From the NCBI GenBank assembly GCA_041483895.1, contig JBGPGO010000006.1, forward strand, positions 32,001-96,000: 64,000 nt of DNA. Direction: 5' to 3'. The position numbers and the translations under genes are program-made. The stretch comes from Fimbriimonadia bacterium (GTDB lineage Bacteria > Armatimonadota > Fimbriimonadia > Fimbriimonadales > JABRVX01). Below, in pieces: positions 28,602 through 38,592 of this stretch (position 1 is the first letter of the stretch; each line of letters starts with the position of its first letter). The notes beneath the pieces were generated by a model that had not been told where the DNA came from, made no database searches, and saw nothing but the letters and a program-made list of their open reading frames with translations.

Positions 28602-28964
28602 TCACTTACAGGGATTCGCAAGCAGGCGCACAAGAAGCTCGTTAAGAACCGGAACATGTGAATGTTTGACATTCTTCGCGGACGTTACCAGTGTGATTCG
28701 TTGGCGTCCACAGAGAAGGCGCTGGGCCGCCTCTGTTTTCTTGTCCAGTTCATCGCGATATTTGGCTCGGAATTCCTCATATCTCCCCTCATGATCTTCG
28801 TGCAGCCATTTGCGCAACCCATTGGACGGCGCGAGGTCCTTTGCCCACTCATCGATCTGCGCCGCCTCCTTGCTCACTCCGCGCGGCCACAATCGGTCGA
28901 CGAGAATTCGCGCGCCATCCGACTTTTCTGCTTCGTCGTAGATTCGTTTCATCGAGATTCTCAT
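28602..28964 (-). CDS. DUF488 (YeaO-like) family protein
   Basis: KRIYD..DGARILVDRLWPRGVSKE..W.KDLAPS..LRKW. Confidence 0.9.
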   Translation of the reverse strand: MRISMKRIYDEAEKSDGARILVDRLWPRGVSKEAAQIDEWAKDLAPSNGLRKWLHEDHEGRYEEFRAKYRDELDKKTEAAQRLLCGRQRITLVTSAKNVKHSHVPVLNELLVRLLANPCK

Positions 28965-30079
28965 TGCTGAGCCTCCGCGACGATGGACAGCAGCAATTCT
29001 GCGGTCTTCACCAAATCGTCAATCTTGCAAAACTCGTCGTGCGTGTGGTACTTCTGCATCCCCGTGGCGACAACTACCGTCGGGACGCCGTGCTCGTTGA
29101 ACACATTGCCATCACTGCCACCGCCGCCTTGTCGCAGGTCGGGGGTGAGGCCGATGGCCCGGGAAGCCGCCATCCCGAGTTGCAGGACCGCATCGGACTC
29201 TGCCATGCGGAAACTTGCGAACGTCGGGGTAATTTTGTGCGTGGCGGATGCGCCGCGACGAGCGGCGGCTTCTTCAAATCGAGAAATCATGTGCGAAAGC
29301 TGCGCATCCAATTTCTCGGCAGAGAAGCTCCGCGCCTCGCCCACAATCGAAACTGAGGGCGCAACGATGTTGAACGCCTGCCCGCCTTGGAAAATGCCGA
29401 TATTCGCCGTCGTCACCTCATCCATCCGGCCGAGCCGCATGCCCGCAATGGCCTCCGACGCCACTTCGATCGCGCTGATCCCCTCTTCCGGGCAGACGCC
29501 CGCATGCGCGGCCCGGCCCGTAATCGCAACCTCCAACTTCGTGTGCCCCGGCGCGGCCACCACAAACCCACCCACCGGCGGCCCCGCGTCCAAAACAAAT
29601 CCCATCTCCGCATCCACCAACGAGAAATCCAAATTCTTTGCGCCCAGCAGCCCGATCTCTTCGCAGATCGTCAGCGCCAACTGAATCTGTCCGTGCGGCA
29701 GGTCCCGTTCGACAATGGTCTGGACCGCTTCCAAAATCGGCGCCATTCCGGCCTTGTCATCCGCGCCCAGGATCGTCTTGCCGGTCGTCCGAATCACGCC
29801 GTTCTCTTCCACGATCTGGATATCCGGCGTCGGCTCCACGGTATCGAAGTGAGCGCTGAACAGCAGCTTCGGCGCCCCCTCAACTGTGGAAGGCAGGGTC
29901 GCGATCAGGTTGTTCGCGTTGCCCCCGACGGCCTCCCCTGCCCGGTCCTCAACCACCTCCAGCCCAAGCCCTTCCAAAAATCCGCGCGTCCATATGACGA
30001 TGGCGCCCTCCTCGCGCGGCGGCGAGTTGAACCGGCACAGGCGGACGAATGTCTCCACAAGGCGATCGGGATTTAGCAT
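28961..30079 (-). CDS. M20 peptidase T-like metallopeptidase
   Basis: SAHFDTV, LGADDKAG, CEEIGLLG, GGGSDGN, HTHDE; true start ATG 30079 (MLNPDRLVETF). Confidence 0.92.
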   Translation of the reverse strand: MLNPDRLVETFVRLCRFNSPPREEGAIVIWTRGFLEGLGLEVVEDRAGEAVGGNANNLIATLPSTVEGAPKLLFSAHFDTVEPTPDIQIVEENGVIRTTGKTILGADDKAGMAPILEAVQTIVERDLPHGQIQLALTICEEIGLLGAKNLDFSLVDAEMGFVLDAGPPVGGFVVAAPGHTKLEVAITGRAAHAGVCPEEGISAIEVASEAIAGMRLGRMDEVTTANIGIFQGGQAFNIVAPSVSIVGEARSFSAEKLDAQLSHMISRFEEAAARRGASATHKITPTFASFRMAESDAVLQLGMAASRAIGLTPDLRQGGGGSDGNVFNEHGVPTVVVATGMQKYHTHDEFCKIDDLVKTAELLLSIVAEAQQ

Positions 30080-30121
30080 CCTCCCTAGTGTACCGGCCCG
30101 CGCTTGGCCTACAATGGAATC
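30080..30121. promoter_or_regulatory. Back-to-back leaderless-type -10 elements (bidirectional promoter)
   Basis: TACACT (-, 30092-30087) 7 nt from ATG 30079; TACAAT (+, 30110-30115) 6 nt from ATG 30122. Confidence 0.65.
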
Positions 30122-30784
30122 ATGCCTACTCCAATTCGCGTCACTGTCTGGGATGAAAACACCGCACCTGCCTCCGTCTATCCAAACGGTCTCGGCGACT
30201 GCATCGCCGCCGGCCTGCGGGAAGACACCGATCTCCATGTGCATCTTGCTACCATCGACGAAGCCGATCAGGGCGTGCCGGATTCCCTGCTGGAGGGGAC
30301 CGATGTGCTGATCTGGTGGGGACATAAGCGGCATGGGGACGTTTTGGACGACACCGCCGCGCGCGTGGTCAACCATGTCACCGACCGCGGCATGGGCCTC
30401 ATAGCCCTCCATTCCGCCCACAAATCCAAGCCGTTCATGGCGCTGCAGGGGACGGATGGCGAGCTGGGCGGATGGCGGGAGGACAACTTGCCGGAACGGA
30501 TCTACACGATCGAACCGAGCCACCCCATCGCGGCCGGGCTGCCGGAGATGTGGGAGATTCCGGTGGAGGAGATGTATTCCGAGCGGTTCAATGTCCGGAC
30601 GCCGGATGAACTGATCTTTATCTCTTCATTTGCCAAGGGGGAGGTTTTCCGAAGCGGCTGCGCGTGGCATTTTGGTCGAGGACGCATGTTCTACTTCCGC
30701 CCCGGGCACGAGACCAACCCGACCTATTTTGATCTGAATGTGCGGCGGGTTATCCGAAATGGCGTTCACTGGCTTGGCGGCTAA
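30122..30784 (+). CDS. thuA: ThuA-like (trehalose utilization) protein
   Basis: VTVWDEN, DVLIWWGH, GMGLIALHSAH.SKPF, EEMYSE, FYFRPGHET. Confidence 0.88.
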   Translation: MPTPIRVTVWDENTAPASVYPNGLGDCIAAGLREDTDLHVHLATIDEADQGVPDSLLEGTDVLIWWGHKRHGDVLDDTAARVVNHVTDRGMGLIALHSAHKSKPFMALQGTDGELGGWREDNLPERIYTIEPSHPIAAGLPEMWEIPVEEMYSERFNVRTPDELIFISSFAKGEVFRSGCAWHFGRGRMFYFRPGHETNPTYFDLNVRRVIRNGVHWLGG

Positions 30785-30792
30785 GCGTTAGG

Positions 30793-31287
30793 CTAATCAT
30801 CGCCAGATCTTCGCCGTTTCATTGCAATGGCTCCCGCGATCGTGTCTTCGAAAAGTCTGGTGGATATGTGGAAACTTGTGGCAATCAGGTCTTCAAGCAC
30901 CTGCCGAATGTCACAATGTCCTCTCGCATGTGCTCGTTGAAGTATCCCCAGTGTTCCAACTACCTGGAGTCCAGTTTCTCTCGCGAGAGTCGCCGCCCTC
31001 ATATCATCCATGATTAGACCACAATGAAGTTCTGTCGCTAACGAGATTGCTTCGCTTTCTCCGGGACCAAGATCTTTTTCTGAAAGTACTGAGCCGGGAG
31101 CTCGCTCAATGGCCCAATTGGGTCTGTTCGAAACCCAGGCCTTTACACGATCAGGCGTCTCCTTCGCAAGCAATTCTTGCAATACCGCAGGCGGAAGAAA
31201 GACCTCTCGGAATAGGAGCGACAAGATGTGAATTTCATTGATTAGTATGAGGTAGTTAATTGGGCTTGTATCAGCAACAACGATCAT
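30793..31287 (-). CDS. DUF3368 PIN-domain toxin
   Basis: IVVADTSPINYL, LGPGESEAISLA, IMDD..A, VVGTLGIL. Confidence 0.88.
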   Translation of the reverse strand: MIVVADTSPINYLILINEIHILSLLFREVFLPPAVLQELLAKETPDRVKAWVSNRPNWAIERAPGSVLSEKDLGPGESEAISLATELHCGLIMDDMRAATLARETGLQVVGTLGILQRAHARGHCDIRQVLEDLIATSFHISTRLFEDTIAGAIAMKRRRSGDD

Positions 31288-31559
31288 TGCTTCAGCATGC
31301 GCTCAAGATCAGCTTGTTGGCGCTCTAGTTCCTCCGCACTGATATCATACAAGAGCCCACGTTGAGCATACAGCTCCTCGCGCTCGTAAAAGGATAGGCC
31401 GAGAATCTCGCCACCACGACCCCGAGATATGAGTCCGTTTCGAATCGCCTCAATTACCACTGTTTCCAGAATCCACCGAGAAAGCTCGCGCTCGCCGGCC
31501 ATTTCCGCGACGGCTGCCAGAATGCCATCAGGCACTTCAACTGAGATGGTCGTATTCAT
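31284..31559 (-). CDS. UPF0175-family antitoxin
   Basis: ISRGRGGEILGLS motif; ATGA overlap with the PIN gene. Confidence 0.8.
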   Translation of the reverse strand: MNTTISVEVPDGILAAVAEMAGERELSRWILETVVIEAIRNGLISRGRGGEILGLSFYEREELYAQRGLLYDISAEELERQQADLERMLKQ

Positions 31560-31579
31560 GACAATTCATTGTAGCACCA

Positions 31580-31717
31580 TTACGACGAATCCTGCTGCCG
31601 ATACTCGTATCCCCGCACCGTATGCGGGTACCGCGGCTTCGCCGGATTCTCCCCGATCTTTTGCCGTATGCGATACATGAAAACCTCCGGGCTGTCGCTG
31701 TTGAATCCCATCGTCAT
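31580..31717 (-). pseudogene. Remnant of an OmpR-type winged-helix DNA-binding domain
   Basis: Below the ORF-track cutoff: MTMGFNSDSPEVFMYRIRQKIGENPAKPRYPHTVRGYEYRQQDSS matches the Trans_reg_C tail; in-frame stop 10 codons upstream. Confidence 0.7.
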
Positions 31718-31799
31718 GGTCACTGATAAGGAAACCGCAAACGGTTAACCGTCATGTCGCCCCAACATGAACGCGCCATGAACGATTGTACTTTGAGGA

Positions 31800-32141
31800 T
31801 TAGCCCGTTTGTTCGAGTTCCTGGGGACCCGGATCGGCAATGCGGGAATAGAGGTCTCTCGCCTTTGAAGCCATGGAGCGTTCGATGAGACGGCCGCGGA
31901 TGTTGCGAGCCATGGAATCGACGCGGGCCATGACCTGATCTTCCAGTTCCACGACCTGCCGCAATTGGGCGGCGTTGCCGTTGAGTTCTGAACGCCGCTG
32001 CTCCAATTCCGTTATCAGCCGGTCCCGCTCCGCGAGGAGCATCGTGACCGCAGCCTGGTCTCCGCGGCCCAATTCCTGCTCCAACGACAGAGTCAGGATG
32101 GTAAGACGCTCGAGCTGATCGTGGATGCTATGCCGCTTCAT
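31800..32141 (-). CDS. fliT: FliT-like flagellar chaperone
   Basis: Helical 113 aa protein with LLAERDRLI, in the canonical position after fliD-fliS. Confidence 0.6.
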   Translation of the reverse strand: MKRHSIHDQLERLTILTLSLEQELGRGDQAAVTMLLAERDRLITELEQRRSELNGNAAQLRQVVELEDQVMARVDSMARNIRGRLIERSMASKARDLYSRIADPGPQELEQTG

Positions 32142-32538
32142 GTACCGGCGCCTGTCGGCCGACTTGGGAGCTGATGGTCGCCCAGGAATCCCGCAATTCT
32201 GCCAGGAGCTTGGCTACCTCATGAATGGGTTTCGGGTCATCGTTGATATTCGCATCCACCAGCTGGTTGTTCACGTACGAATATAGTGCGAGAAGGTTGA
32301 CGGCGATCTCCCCACCGTGTTCCATGTTCAGTGACATCTGGAGCTCAGAGATGATCCGCTGTGCCCGAATGAGGTTGTCATGCTGCTTTTGCAGGTCCCG
32401 CTGCTCCATCGCGAGGAGGGCGGCATCCAATGCGCGCAAGGCCCCGTCATAGAGCATCACGATGAGCTCCACCGGTGAAGCCGTGTTCACCGCGCTTTGG
32501 CGGTAGACATCGAGCGGTTGACCATAGGCTTGCGGCAA
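32128..32538 (-). CDS. fliS: Flagellar export chaperone FliS
   Basis: TASPVELIVMLYDGA, GGEIAVNLLALYSY, ELRDSW. Confidence 0.95.
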   Translation of the reverse strand: MPQAYGQPLDVYRQSAVNTASPVELIVMLYDGALRALDAALLAMEQRDLQKQHDNLIRAQRIISELQMSLNMEHGGEIAVNLLALYSYVNNQLVDANINDDPKPIHEVAKLLAELRDSWATISSQVGRQAPVHEAA

Positions 32539-32622
32539 ATTCTAACCTCCAACAAAGGCCGTCAAGGGTACTTTCGGGTTCTCCGGGCTTTCGGCTTAGT
32601 CCGGTAAACTATCCAGGCGAAC

Positions 32623-34875
32623 CTAGCCGGTCACCCCGGAGAATAGTGCAGATATGCGCGCCTGCTGATTCCGTAATTGCGAAACCACGGTCTCCATCGT
32701 GCTGAACTGTTGGCGCAGGGCAGACTCTCGTTGCGTCAGGCTGTCCTGGATTCTCTTCATGTCGTCCGTCAACTGATCGATCTGGGTCTGAAGCTGCTTG
32801 TCCTGGTCGGTCAGGGATCCCGTTGTCGGGTCCGTCAACGAGTTGATGACATCCTTAATGGAGGCGCCGAGGCCCTTCGTAAACGTGATATTGCCATAGG
32901 TCCCGGCGGACGTTGCGGTGATCAGAAGCGCCAACCCGGCGACGTTCGGGCTTGAATCGTCTCCGGTCAGGACCTGGCCGTCACCGGTCGCAGACGCGCC
33001 GTTTATCGTTCCCGCGACGTTCAGGCCCGTCGCAGTGACCACCGTGGCGCCAATCCCGGAGTTGTCCGCTCCAGCAGCCTTATCGGAGACAACGGTAAAG
33101 CTCTTCTTCGATCCGTAGGCGCTCGCTGTCAGCACAAGCTTTCCATCCGCGTCCTTGGATGCTGTCAACAGCCTGCCGATCGTTGGATGGGAGTTGATTG
33201 CCGTGATCGTATCGTCGACGGAATTGCCCGCGCCGAGCTGAATTGTCGCGGCGGTGTTTCCAAACAGCGCGCCGTTGAACGTTAGCGTCTCCGTGTCCGA
33301 ACTGGGACCGGTCTGCGCGACTCCCGAGGTGGCTGTCGCCTTGGTCGCAGCCTGGGTGACAACAACTGGGAATCCGCTGGACGTCGAGGTCTTGGTCTTG
33401 GACGAGGACGACAGAAACTGCACGTTGGGATCGGTGGGCGTTCCGACGGCCATGAACAGACTCTTGACCTGATCCAACTTCGAGTTGATCGCGTCCGACA
33501 GTTTGCCGTCGTCAACGGACAGTTTCCCGTCCTGACCCAGAGACACACCGGCCACAGCGAGTGAATTCAGCTTTCCTTCAAGACCTTTGACCACGCCCGT
33601 AATACTGGCAGTGATCACATCCATATTGGTAGTGACGGTGTAATCACCCAGCAGAGGCCCGGCGGCAAACGTGTCCTTGTCGAACGTTGAATTGGACGAC
33701 ACGAAGTCGCGAATGCTGTTGTAGGCATCGACGAAGTTCTTGATGCCGGTCTTGATTGCATCCGCATCGCGTGATATGCTCAAATTGGCCGAAGATGCCT
33801 CTTTTAGCAGCGTGATCGTCGCACCGGATATTACCGACGTGATGGTGTTGGACGCGCTCGTCAGCGAGACGCCGTCCAACTTGTACGTGGCGTCCTGGGC
33901 GGCGAGCAGTTCCGTTCCTGAGGCCGCCTCCAGAACGCCAATGTTTTCCAAAACATGATTGTTGTCGACAAATGTCGGTGTCGAAGAGCCGATCACTTTC
34001 AGCCGGTAGCTGTTCACCCCGTCGGTGGTAACGGTCTCGACGGTGGCGGTAACGCTTGGAATTGCGGCTTCGTTGATCTTCTGGGCGATCGAGGTAAGAC
34101 TGTCGGTTGCCAGGTCCAAAGAGACCGCAGTACCATTGATTTGGATCGTTCCCGTAGCGGCGCCTGTTATCTGCAATAGCGGGCCAACCGCCGACGTCGG
34201 GTCGGAGAACTCTCTTCCATAAGCGCCGTTCGTCGTGAACTCGCGAATGGCGGTGGTTCCCGTCAAAACACCCAGATCGTTGAGCAGCGTACTGGTTCCG
34301 ACGTTGGAAATCTGAAGCTTGGAAGCAGCGCCGGTTTCCGACGACGTGAGCGTCAGGTATGCCTTTCCCGGACCGCCGTTGACAATGCTGGCGACGGCAT
34401 GCGCGTCCGCGGAGTTGATGCGGCTTGCGATTTGAGATAGGGAATCGGCGGCCGTGACCTGGACCAGCTTGCCGTTTACAAGAAAGCTGCCGGACAGCCC
34501 CAATGCCGTCGTCGAATCGGTTTGGCCGGTGGAGCTGATTTTTTGGGCCTGCGCAAGCTTTGTGATATCGAGGGTGTAGACCCCGGGCTGAGCGTCCGAC
34601 CCGGTAGAAATCGTGGCAATCGTGCTGTCGCTGGTGGTGGACTTCACCAGATTGAAAGCGGCGGCCTTGTTGATCGCATCGCCCGCGGCCTGCAGCGTGG
34701 TCAGTTTGGCGCCGAACTGCTGGTACAGGCTAAGCTGGTTTTGCAGTTGCGCTTGACGGGACTGCAGCCTGGTTAATGGCCGTGCCTCCAGGCTGATCAA
34801 CTGCTTGATGATCGACTCGGTGTCGATCCCGGACCCCAAACCACTGAAATTAATACCGGTAGTGCTTAGACTCAT
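32623..34875 (-). CDS. fliD: Flagellar filament cap protein FliD
   Basis: FSGLGSGIDTESII..L, LAQAQK, AAQDA, FVDAYN, QFSTME; start ATG 34875 with GGAGG. Confidence 0.95.
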   Translation of the reverse strand: MSLSTTGINFSGLGSGIDTESIIKQLISLEARPLTRLQSRQAQLQNQLSLYQQFGAKLTTLQAAGDAINKAAAFNLVKSTTSDSTIATISTGSDAQPGVYTLDITKLAQAQKISSTGQTDSTTALGLSGSFLVNGKLVQVTAADSLSQIASRINSADAHAVASIVNGGPGKAYLTLTSSETGAASKLQISNVGTSTLLNDLGVLTGTTAIREFTTNGAYGREFSDPTSAVGPLLQITGAATGTIQINGTAVSLDLATDSLTSIAQKINEAAIPSVTATVETVTTDGVNSYRLKVIGSSTPTFVDNNHVLENIGVLEAASGTELLAAQDATYKLDGVSLTSASNTITSVISGATITLLKEASSANLSISRDADAIKTGIKNFVDAYNSIRDFVSSNSTFDKDTFAAGPLLGDYTVTTNMDVITASITGVVKGLEGKLNSLAVAGVSLGQDGKLSVDDGKLSDAINSKLDQVKSLFMAVGTPTDPNVQFLSSSSKTKTSTSSGFPVVVTQAATKATATSGVAQTGPSSDTETLTFNGALFGNTAATIQLGAGNSVDDTITAINSHPTIGRLLTASKDADGKLVLTASAYGSKKSFTVVSDKAAGADNSGIGATVVTATGLNVAGTINGASATGDGQVLTGDDSSPNVAGLALLITATSAGTYGNITFTKGLGASIKDVINSLTDPTTGSLTDQDKQLQTQIDQLTDDMKRIQDSLTQRESALRQQFSTMETVVSQLRNQQARISALFSGVTG

Positions 34876-35014
34876 CGCTGGACCTCCTTGTCCGCAATCT
34901 CGAAGGGTCTTATGCCAGGAAGGTATCGGGCGCTCATATGTACATGTTCGGGATATGAGGCAATGTCGAAAAGGCCGCCAGCCGGTACACTTTCGGGGAG
35001 CGGGGGAAAGAATT

Positions 35015-35100
35015 TGGTGCCGAAGGTGGGAGTCGAACCCACACGAGGTTGCCCTCAACGGTTTTTGAGACCGCCGCGTCTACCATTCCGCCACTTCGGC
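35015..35100 (-). tRNA. tRNA-Leu (CAA)
   Basis: GCCGAAG acceptor stem, anticodon loop CT-CAA-AA, long variable arm, GTTCGACTC, encoded CCA. Confidence 0.97.
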
Positions 35101-35156
35101 GAGTTGGAAAAGTAACGCCGGCTTCCAGCCGGCAATTGAGGAAGTGTAGAACAGCC

Positions 35157-37715
35157 GTGGCCGAGAAGTCAACGAAGAAGACCTACATCATTATCGACGG
35201 GTACAGCTTGGTGTTCCGCGCCTATTTTGGGACCCAATTCCTCTCCACCAGTGACGGGCGTCCGACGAACGCCATCTTCGGCTTCACCAACATGCTGCTA
35301 TCTTTGCTTGATAACGAACAGCCATATGGGATCGTCGTTGCCTTCGATGCTCCCGGCAAGACCTTCCGCCATGCCGATTTCCCCGAGTACAAGGCTCACC
35401 GGAAGGAGACCGATACCGCCCTCATCCAGCAGATTCCCCTCGTCCACGATCTTGTGGAGGCGCTCGGCGTCGATCGAGAGGAACTGGCCGGGTTCGAAGC
35501 CGACGACCTTGTCGGGACCATCGCGAAACGGGTGGAGAAGGCGGGGATGCACGCGCTGATCGTCACCGGCGACAACGATCAGCTTCAGCTCGTAACCCAG
35601 GATACGACCGTACGGTACACGGTCCGAGGCATAACCGATGTCGTGGACTACACGCCGGAAAAGGTGTTCGAAAAGTTTGGATTTGGCCCGGAAATGGTTC
35701 CCGATTACAAAGCCCTCCGCGGCGATCCGTCAGACAACATCCCGGGCATCGCGGGGATTGGCGAGAAGACGGCCACCGCGCTGCTCCAAGAGTTCGGACA
35801 CGTTGAGAATTTGGTGGAGCATCTGGATAAGGTGAATCCCAAGATTCGGGCGAAGCTGGAGGCCGATCTCGACCTGATCACAACGGGCAAGAAGCTGACC
35901 ACCATCGTTTGCGACGCCCCCCTTTCTTATGACCTCAAGCCGTACCGAGTGGACCTGGAGGGAATGGAACGAGCGAGAAGCTTCCTGCAATCGCTCGAAT
36001 TTCGGACGCTCCAGAACCGCATTGACAAAATTTTGCCCAAGTTCTCGGACGGACTCTTTACAGAGGCTGTCGCTGTAGCCGAACAGCCGACGGTGGAGGC
36101 AACGGATGCGCAAACCGCGGATGAAGTCCGGTCGGCATTTTCCAAGAAGGCCATCGTGGCGATCTCGTGCGATGCCGAAGGGGTCTGCCTGGCAGCCGGG
36201 GAGCTGGTCTGGCGCGTCCCCGTTGCGTTGGCGGGGAGCCTCCAGTGGCTTTCTGAGAAGCGGTGCATCGTCCACGATGGACGGAACACGATAAAGGCGC
36301 TGCGAGCCCACAATCTGCCCGACGTTCCCCTCGTTTTCGATAGCCAGCTCGCCGCCTTCGTGCTGTCGCCGGGGAGAGGACATTATGATCTTCGGGCTGC
36401 ATGCCGGGAGCATCTGGAACGGGAACCGGGGGCCGACGCCGCCTCTATGGCCGCCTGTCTTTTTGCCTTGTACCAGCCGATGACCGACCGCATGAAGGCG
36501 GAAGGGACGCTGCACGCCTTTGCCGAAGTCGACCTGCCGCTGCTGCCGATCCTGATGAAGATGGAGGACCGGGGCATCCTTTTGGACACCGGATATCTCC
36601 ATGACTTCAGCGTGACCTTGAAGCGCGACATCGAGACCCTCGCCGGCGAGATACACGAACTGGCCGGGGAAACCTTCACAATCGGCTCTCCTAAGCAGCT
36701 TGGGTACATCCTGTTCGAAAAACTGGGCCTCACGGCGGGAAAGAAGACAAAGACCGGATACTCCACGGACGTGGACGTGCTGACCGCCCTCGCCGCCGAG
36801 AATGAGATCGCGGCGAAGGTGCTCAGTTGGCGGGAATTGACGAAACTAAAGTCCACGTACGCCGACAGCCTACCGACGATGGTGGGCGCCGACGGCCGGG
36901 TCCACACAACCTACAACCTGACGGGCGCCGCCACGGGCCGCCTTTCCAGCACAGACCCCAATCTCCAGAACATTCCCACGAGGACCGAGCTGGGCCGCGA
37001 GATCCGACGCGCCTTCATCGCGCCGGAAGGTCGAATCCTATTATCCCTCGACTACTCGCAAATCGAGCTTCGACTCTTGGCTCACATGTGCGAGGACCCG
37101 CGGCTTTTGGAGGCGTTTGACAAGGGGGAGGACATCCATCGCGCGACCGCCGAAAGCCTGTTTGGAACACCGGGTCCGAATGTCACTTCGGATCAACGCC
37201 GCATCGCAAAAATGGTGAATTATGCGGTGCTCTATGGCATGAGTGACTTTGGGTTGGCACAATCGCTGGGGATGGGCGTTGGCGAGGCCAAGGCAATCAT
37301 TGAGGCCTATTTTGCCAAATTCCCCCGCGTCAAGGATTTCACGACATCGATCATCGAGGAGGCCAGGACGAAAGGATTTACGACCACTTTGATTGGCCGA
37401 AGGCGATATTTCCCCGACATTCACACCGCGAATCGCCAAATGCGGATGGCGGCGGAGCGCGCGGCCATCAACGCCCCGATGCAGGGGACGGCCGCGGATG
37501 TCATCAAAATCGCCATGATCAATCTCAATCAATCCGGTCTGCTCAACGGGACGCAGATGCTGCTGCAGGTGCATGATGAGCTGGTGTTCGAGTGCGACAA
37601 AGGGAAAGCCGGCGTGGCCAAAGATATCGCCTCGATCATGTCGAAGGCGATGGAGCTTCGCGTGCCGCTCGATGTCGATACCAAATCGGGCACGAACTGG
37701 AGAGACATGAGTTGA
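35157..37715 (+). CDS. polA: DNA polymerase I
   Basis: IIDGYSLVFRAY 5'-nuclease, TGRLSSTDPNLQNIP, DYSQIELR, LQVHDEL; likely GTG start at 35157. Confidence 0.97.
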   Translation: MAEKSTKKTYIIIDGYSLVFRAYFGTQFLSTSDGRPTNAIFGFTNMLLSLLDNEQPYGIVVAFDAPGKTFRHADFPEYKAHRKETDTALIQQIPLVHDLVEALGVDREELAGFEADDLVGTIAKRVEKAGMHALIVTGDNDQLQLVTQDTTVRYTVRGITDVVDYTPEKVFEKFGFGPEMVPDYKALRGDPSDNIPGIAGIGEKTATALLQEFGHVENLVEHLDKVNPKIRAKLEADLDLITTGKKLTTIVCDAPLSYDLKPYRVDLEGMERARSFLQSLEFRTLQNRIDKILPKFSDGLFTEAVAVAEQPTVEATDAQTADEVRSAFSKKAIVAISCDAEGVCLAAGELVWRVPVALAGSLQWLSEKRCIVHDGRNTIKALRAHNLPDVPLVFDSQLAAFVLSPGRGHYDLRAACREHLEREPGADAASMAACLFALYQPMTDRMKAEGTLHAFAEVDLPLLPILMKMEDRGILLDTGYLHDFSVTLKRDIETLAGEIHELAGETFTIGSPKQLGYILFEKLGLTAGKKTKTGYSTDVDVLTALAAENEIAAKVLSWRELTKLKSTYADSLPTMVGADGRVHTTYNLTGAATGRLSSTDPNLQNIPTRTELGREIRRAFIAPEGRILLSLDYSQIELRLLAHMCEDPRLLEAFDKGEDIHRATAESLFGTPGPNVTSDQRRIAKMVNYAVLYGMSDFGLAQSLGMGVGEAKAIIEAYFAKFPRVKDFTTSIIEEARTKGFTTTLIGRRRYFPDIHTANRQMRMAAERAAINAPMQGTAADVIKIAMINLNQSGLLNGTQMLLQVHDELVFECDKGKAGVAKDIASIMSKAMELRVPLDVDTKSGTNWRDMS

Positions 37716-38575
37716 GGGACCTATACATACGGCAGCTCATCGAGCGCGCGGTACGGGAAGATGTGGGGCCTGGGGATGCGACGACCGAGGCCATCGTTCC
37801 GCCGCTGATGGAGGGCACGGCAGTGCTTTCCGCGCAGGGTACCGGCATCCTCAGCGGCCTTTCGGTGCAAGACCCGCTGATGTCCACGTTGGTGGAGCTG
37901 ATCGGGGAGTCCTGCGCGGTGAATGTTGAGGATGTGAAGAAGGATGGGAACCCCGTTTTTGCCGGGGAGGAGATTATCGGTTTCGAGGGAAGCCTCCGCG
38001 TGATCTTGGCGGCCGAGCGAACGTTCCTTAATTTCCTCCAGCATCTGTCGGGAATCGCAACGGAAACCAGCCGGTACGTCGCGGCGGTTCGGGGCACCGA
38101 CGTCAAGATTATGGACACCCGCAAGACCACACCCGGAATGCGAATTCTGGAAAAAGACGCGGTGGTGCATGGCGGCGGCTTCAACCATCGGACCGGACTG
38201 TATGACGGGGTGATGATCAAGGACAATCACATCCGGTCGGCCGGTGGCATCGTGGCGGCGATCAAAGCGGCCAAAGAGAAGGCGCCGCGCACCCTGCGCA
38301 TCGAAGTGGAGTGCGCTACGTTGGAAGATGTGAAAGAGTCCCTCGGCGCCGGGGCGGACATGATCCAGCTGGATAATATGACGCTCGACGTGATGCGGGA
38401 AGCGGTATCGATCGCCAAGGGCAAAGCGATTTTGGAAGCGACGGGAGGCATCACGCTGCAGACCGTCCGGGAAGTCGCTGAAACCGGCGTCGATATGATC
38501 TCCGTCGGGGCGATTACCCACTCGGCCCCGATTCTTCCGATGCACATGGACGTACAGGGCGTAGCCGAGAGTTAA
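37712..38575 (+). CDS. nadC: Quinolinate phosphoribosyltransferase
   Basis: DTRKTTPG, NHRTGLYD, IKDNH, IEVE, LDNM; TTG start overlapping the polA stop. Confidence 0.95.
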   Translation: MRDLYIRQLIERAVREDVGPGDATTEAIVPPLMEGTAVLSAQGTGILSGLSVQDPLMSTLVELIGESCAVNVEDVKKDGNPVFAGEEIIGFEGSLRVILAAERTFLNFLQHLSGIATETSRYVAAVRGTDVKIMDTRKTTPGMRILEKDAVVHGGGFNHRTGLYDGVMIKDNHIRSAGGIVAAIKAAKEKAPRTLRIEVECATLEDVKESLGAGADMIQLDNMTLDVMREAVSIAKGKAILEATGGITLQTVREVAETGVDMISVGAITHSAPILPMHMDVQGVAES

Positions 38576-38592
38576 TCCGGTACGCTATCGGC

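Noticed and set aside
28961..30523. 520-aa peptidase with an N-terminal extension
   Set aside because: The extension is antisense to thuA; the true start is 30079. The same over-extension affects the ORF calls for the helicase, fliD, polA, nadC, serA, rel, dtd and rpmF
34890..34960. Sigma54 or sigma28 promoter for fliD
   Set aside because: TGGCA lacks a correctly spaced TTGC, and CCCGATAC lacks a matching -35 element
15087..35030. Genomic island integrated at tRNA-Leu with an att repeat CCGAAGGTGG near 15087
   Set aside because: Only a 10-bp match, no integrase, and the enclosed genes are largely housekeeping
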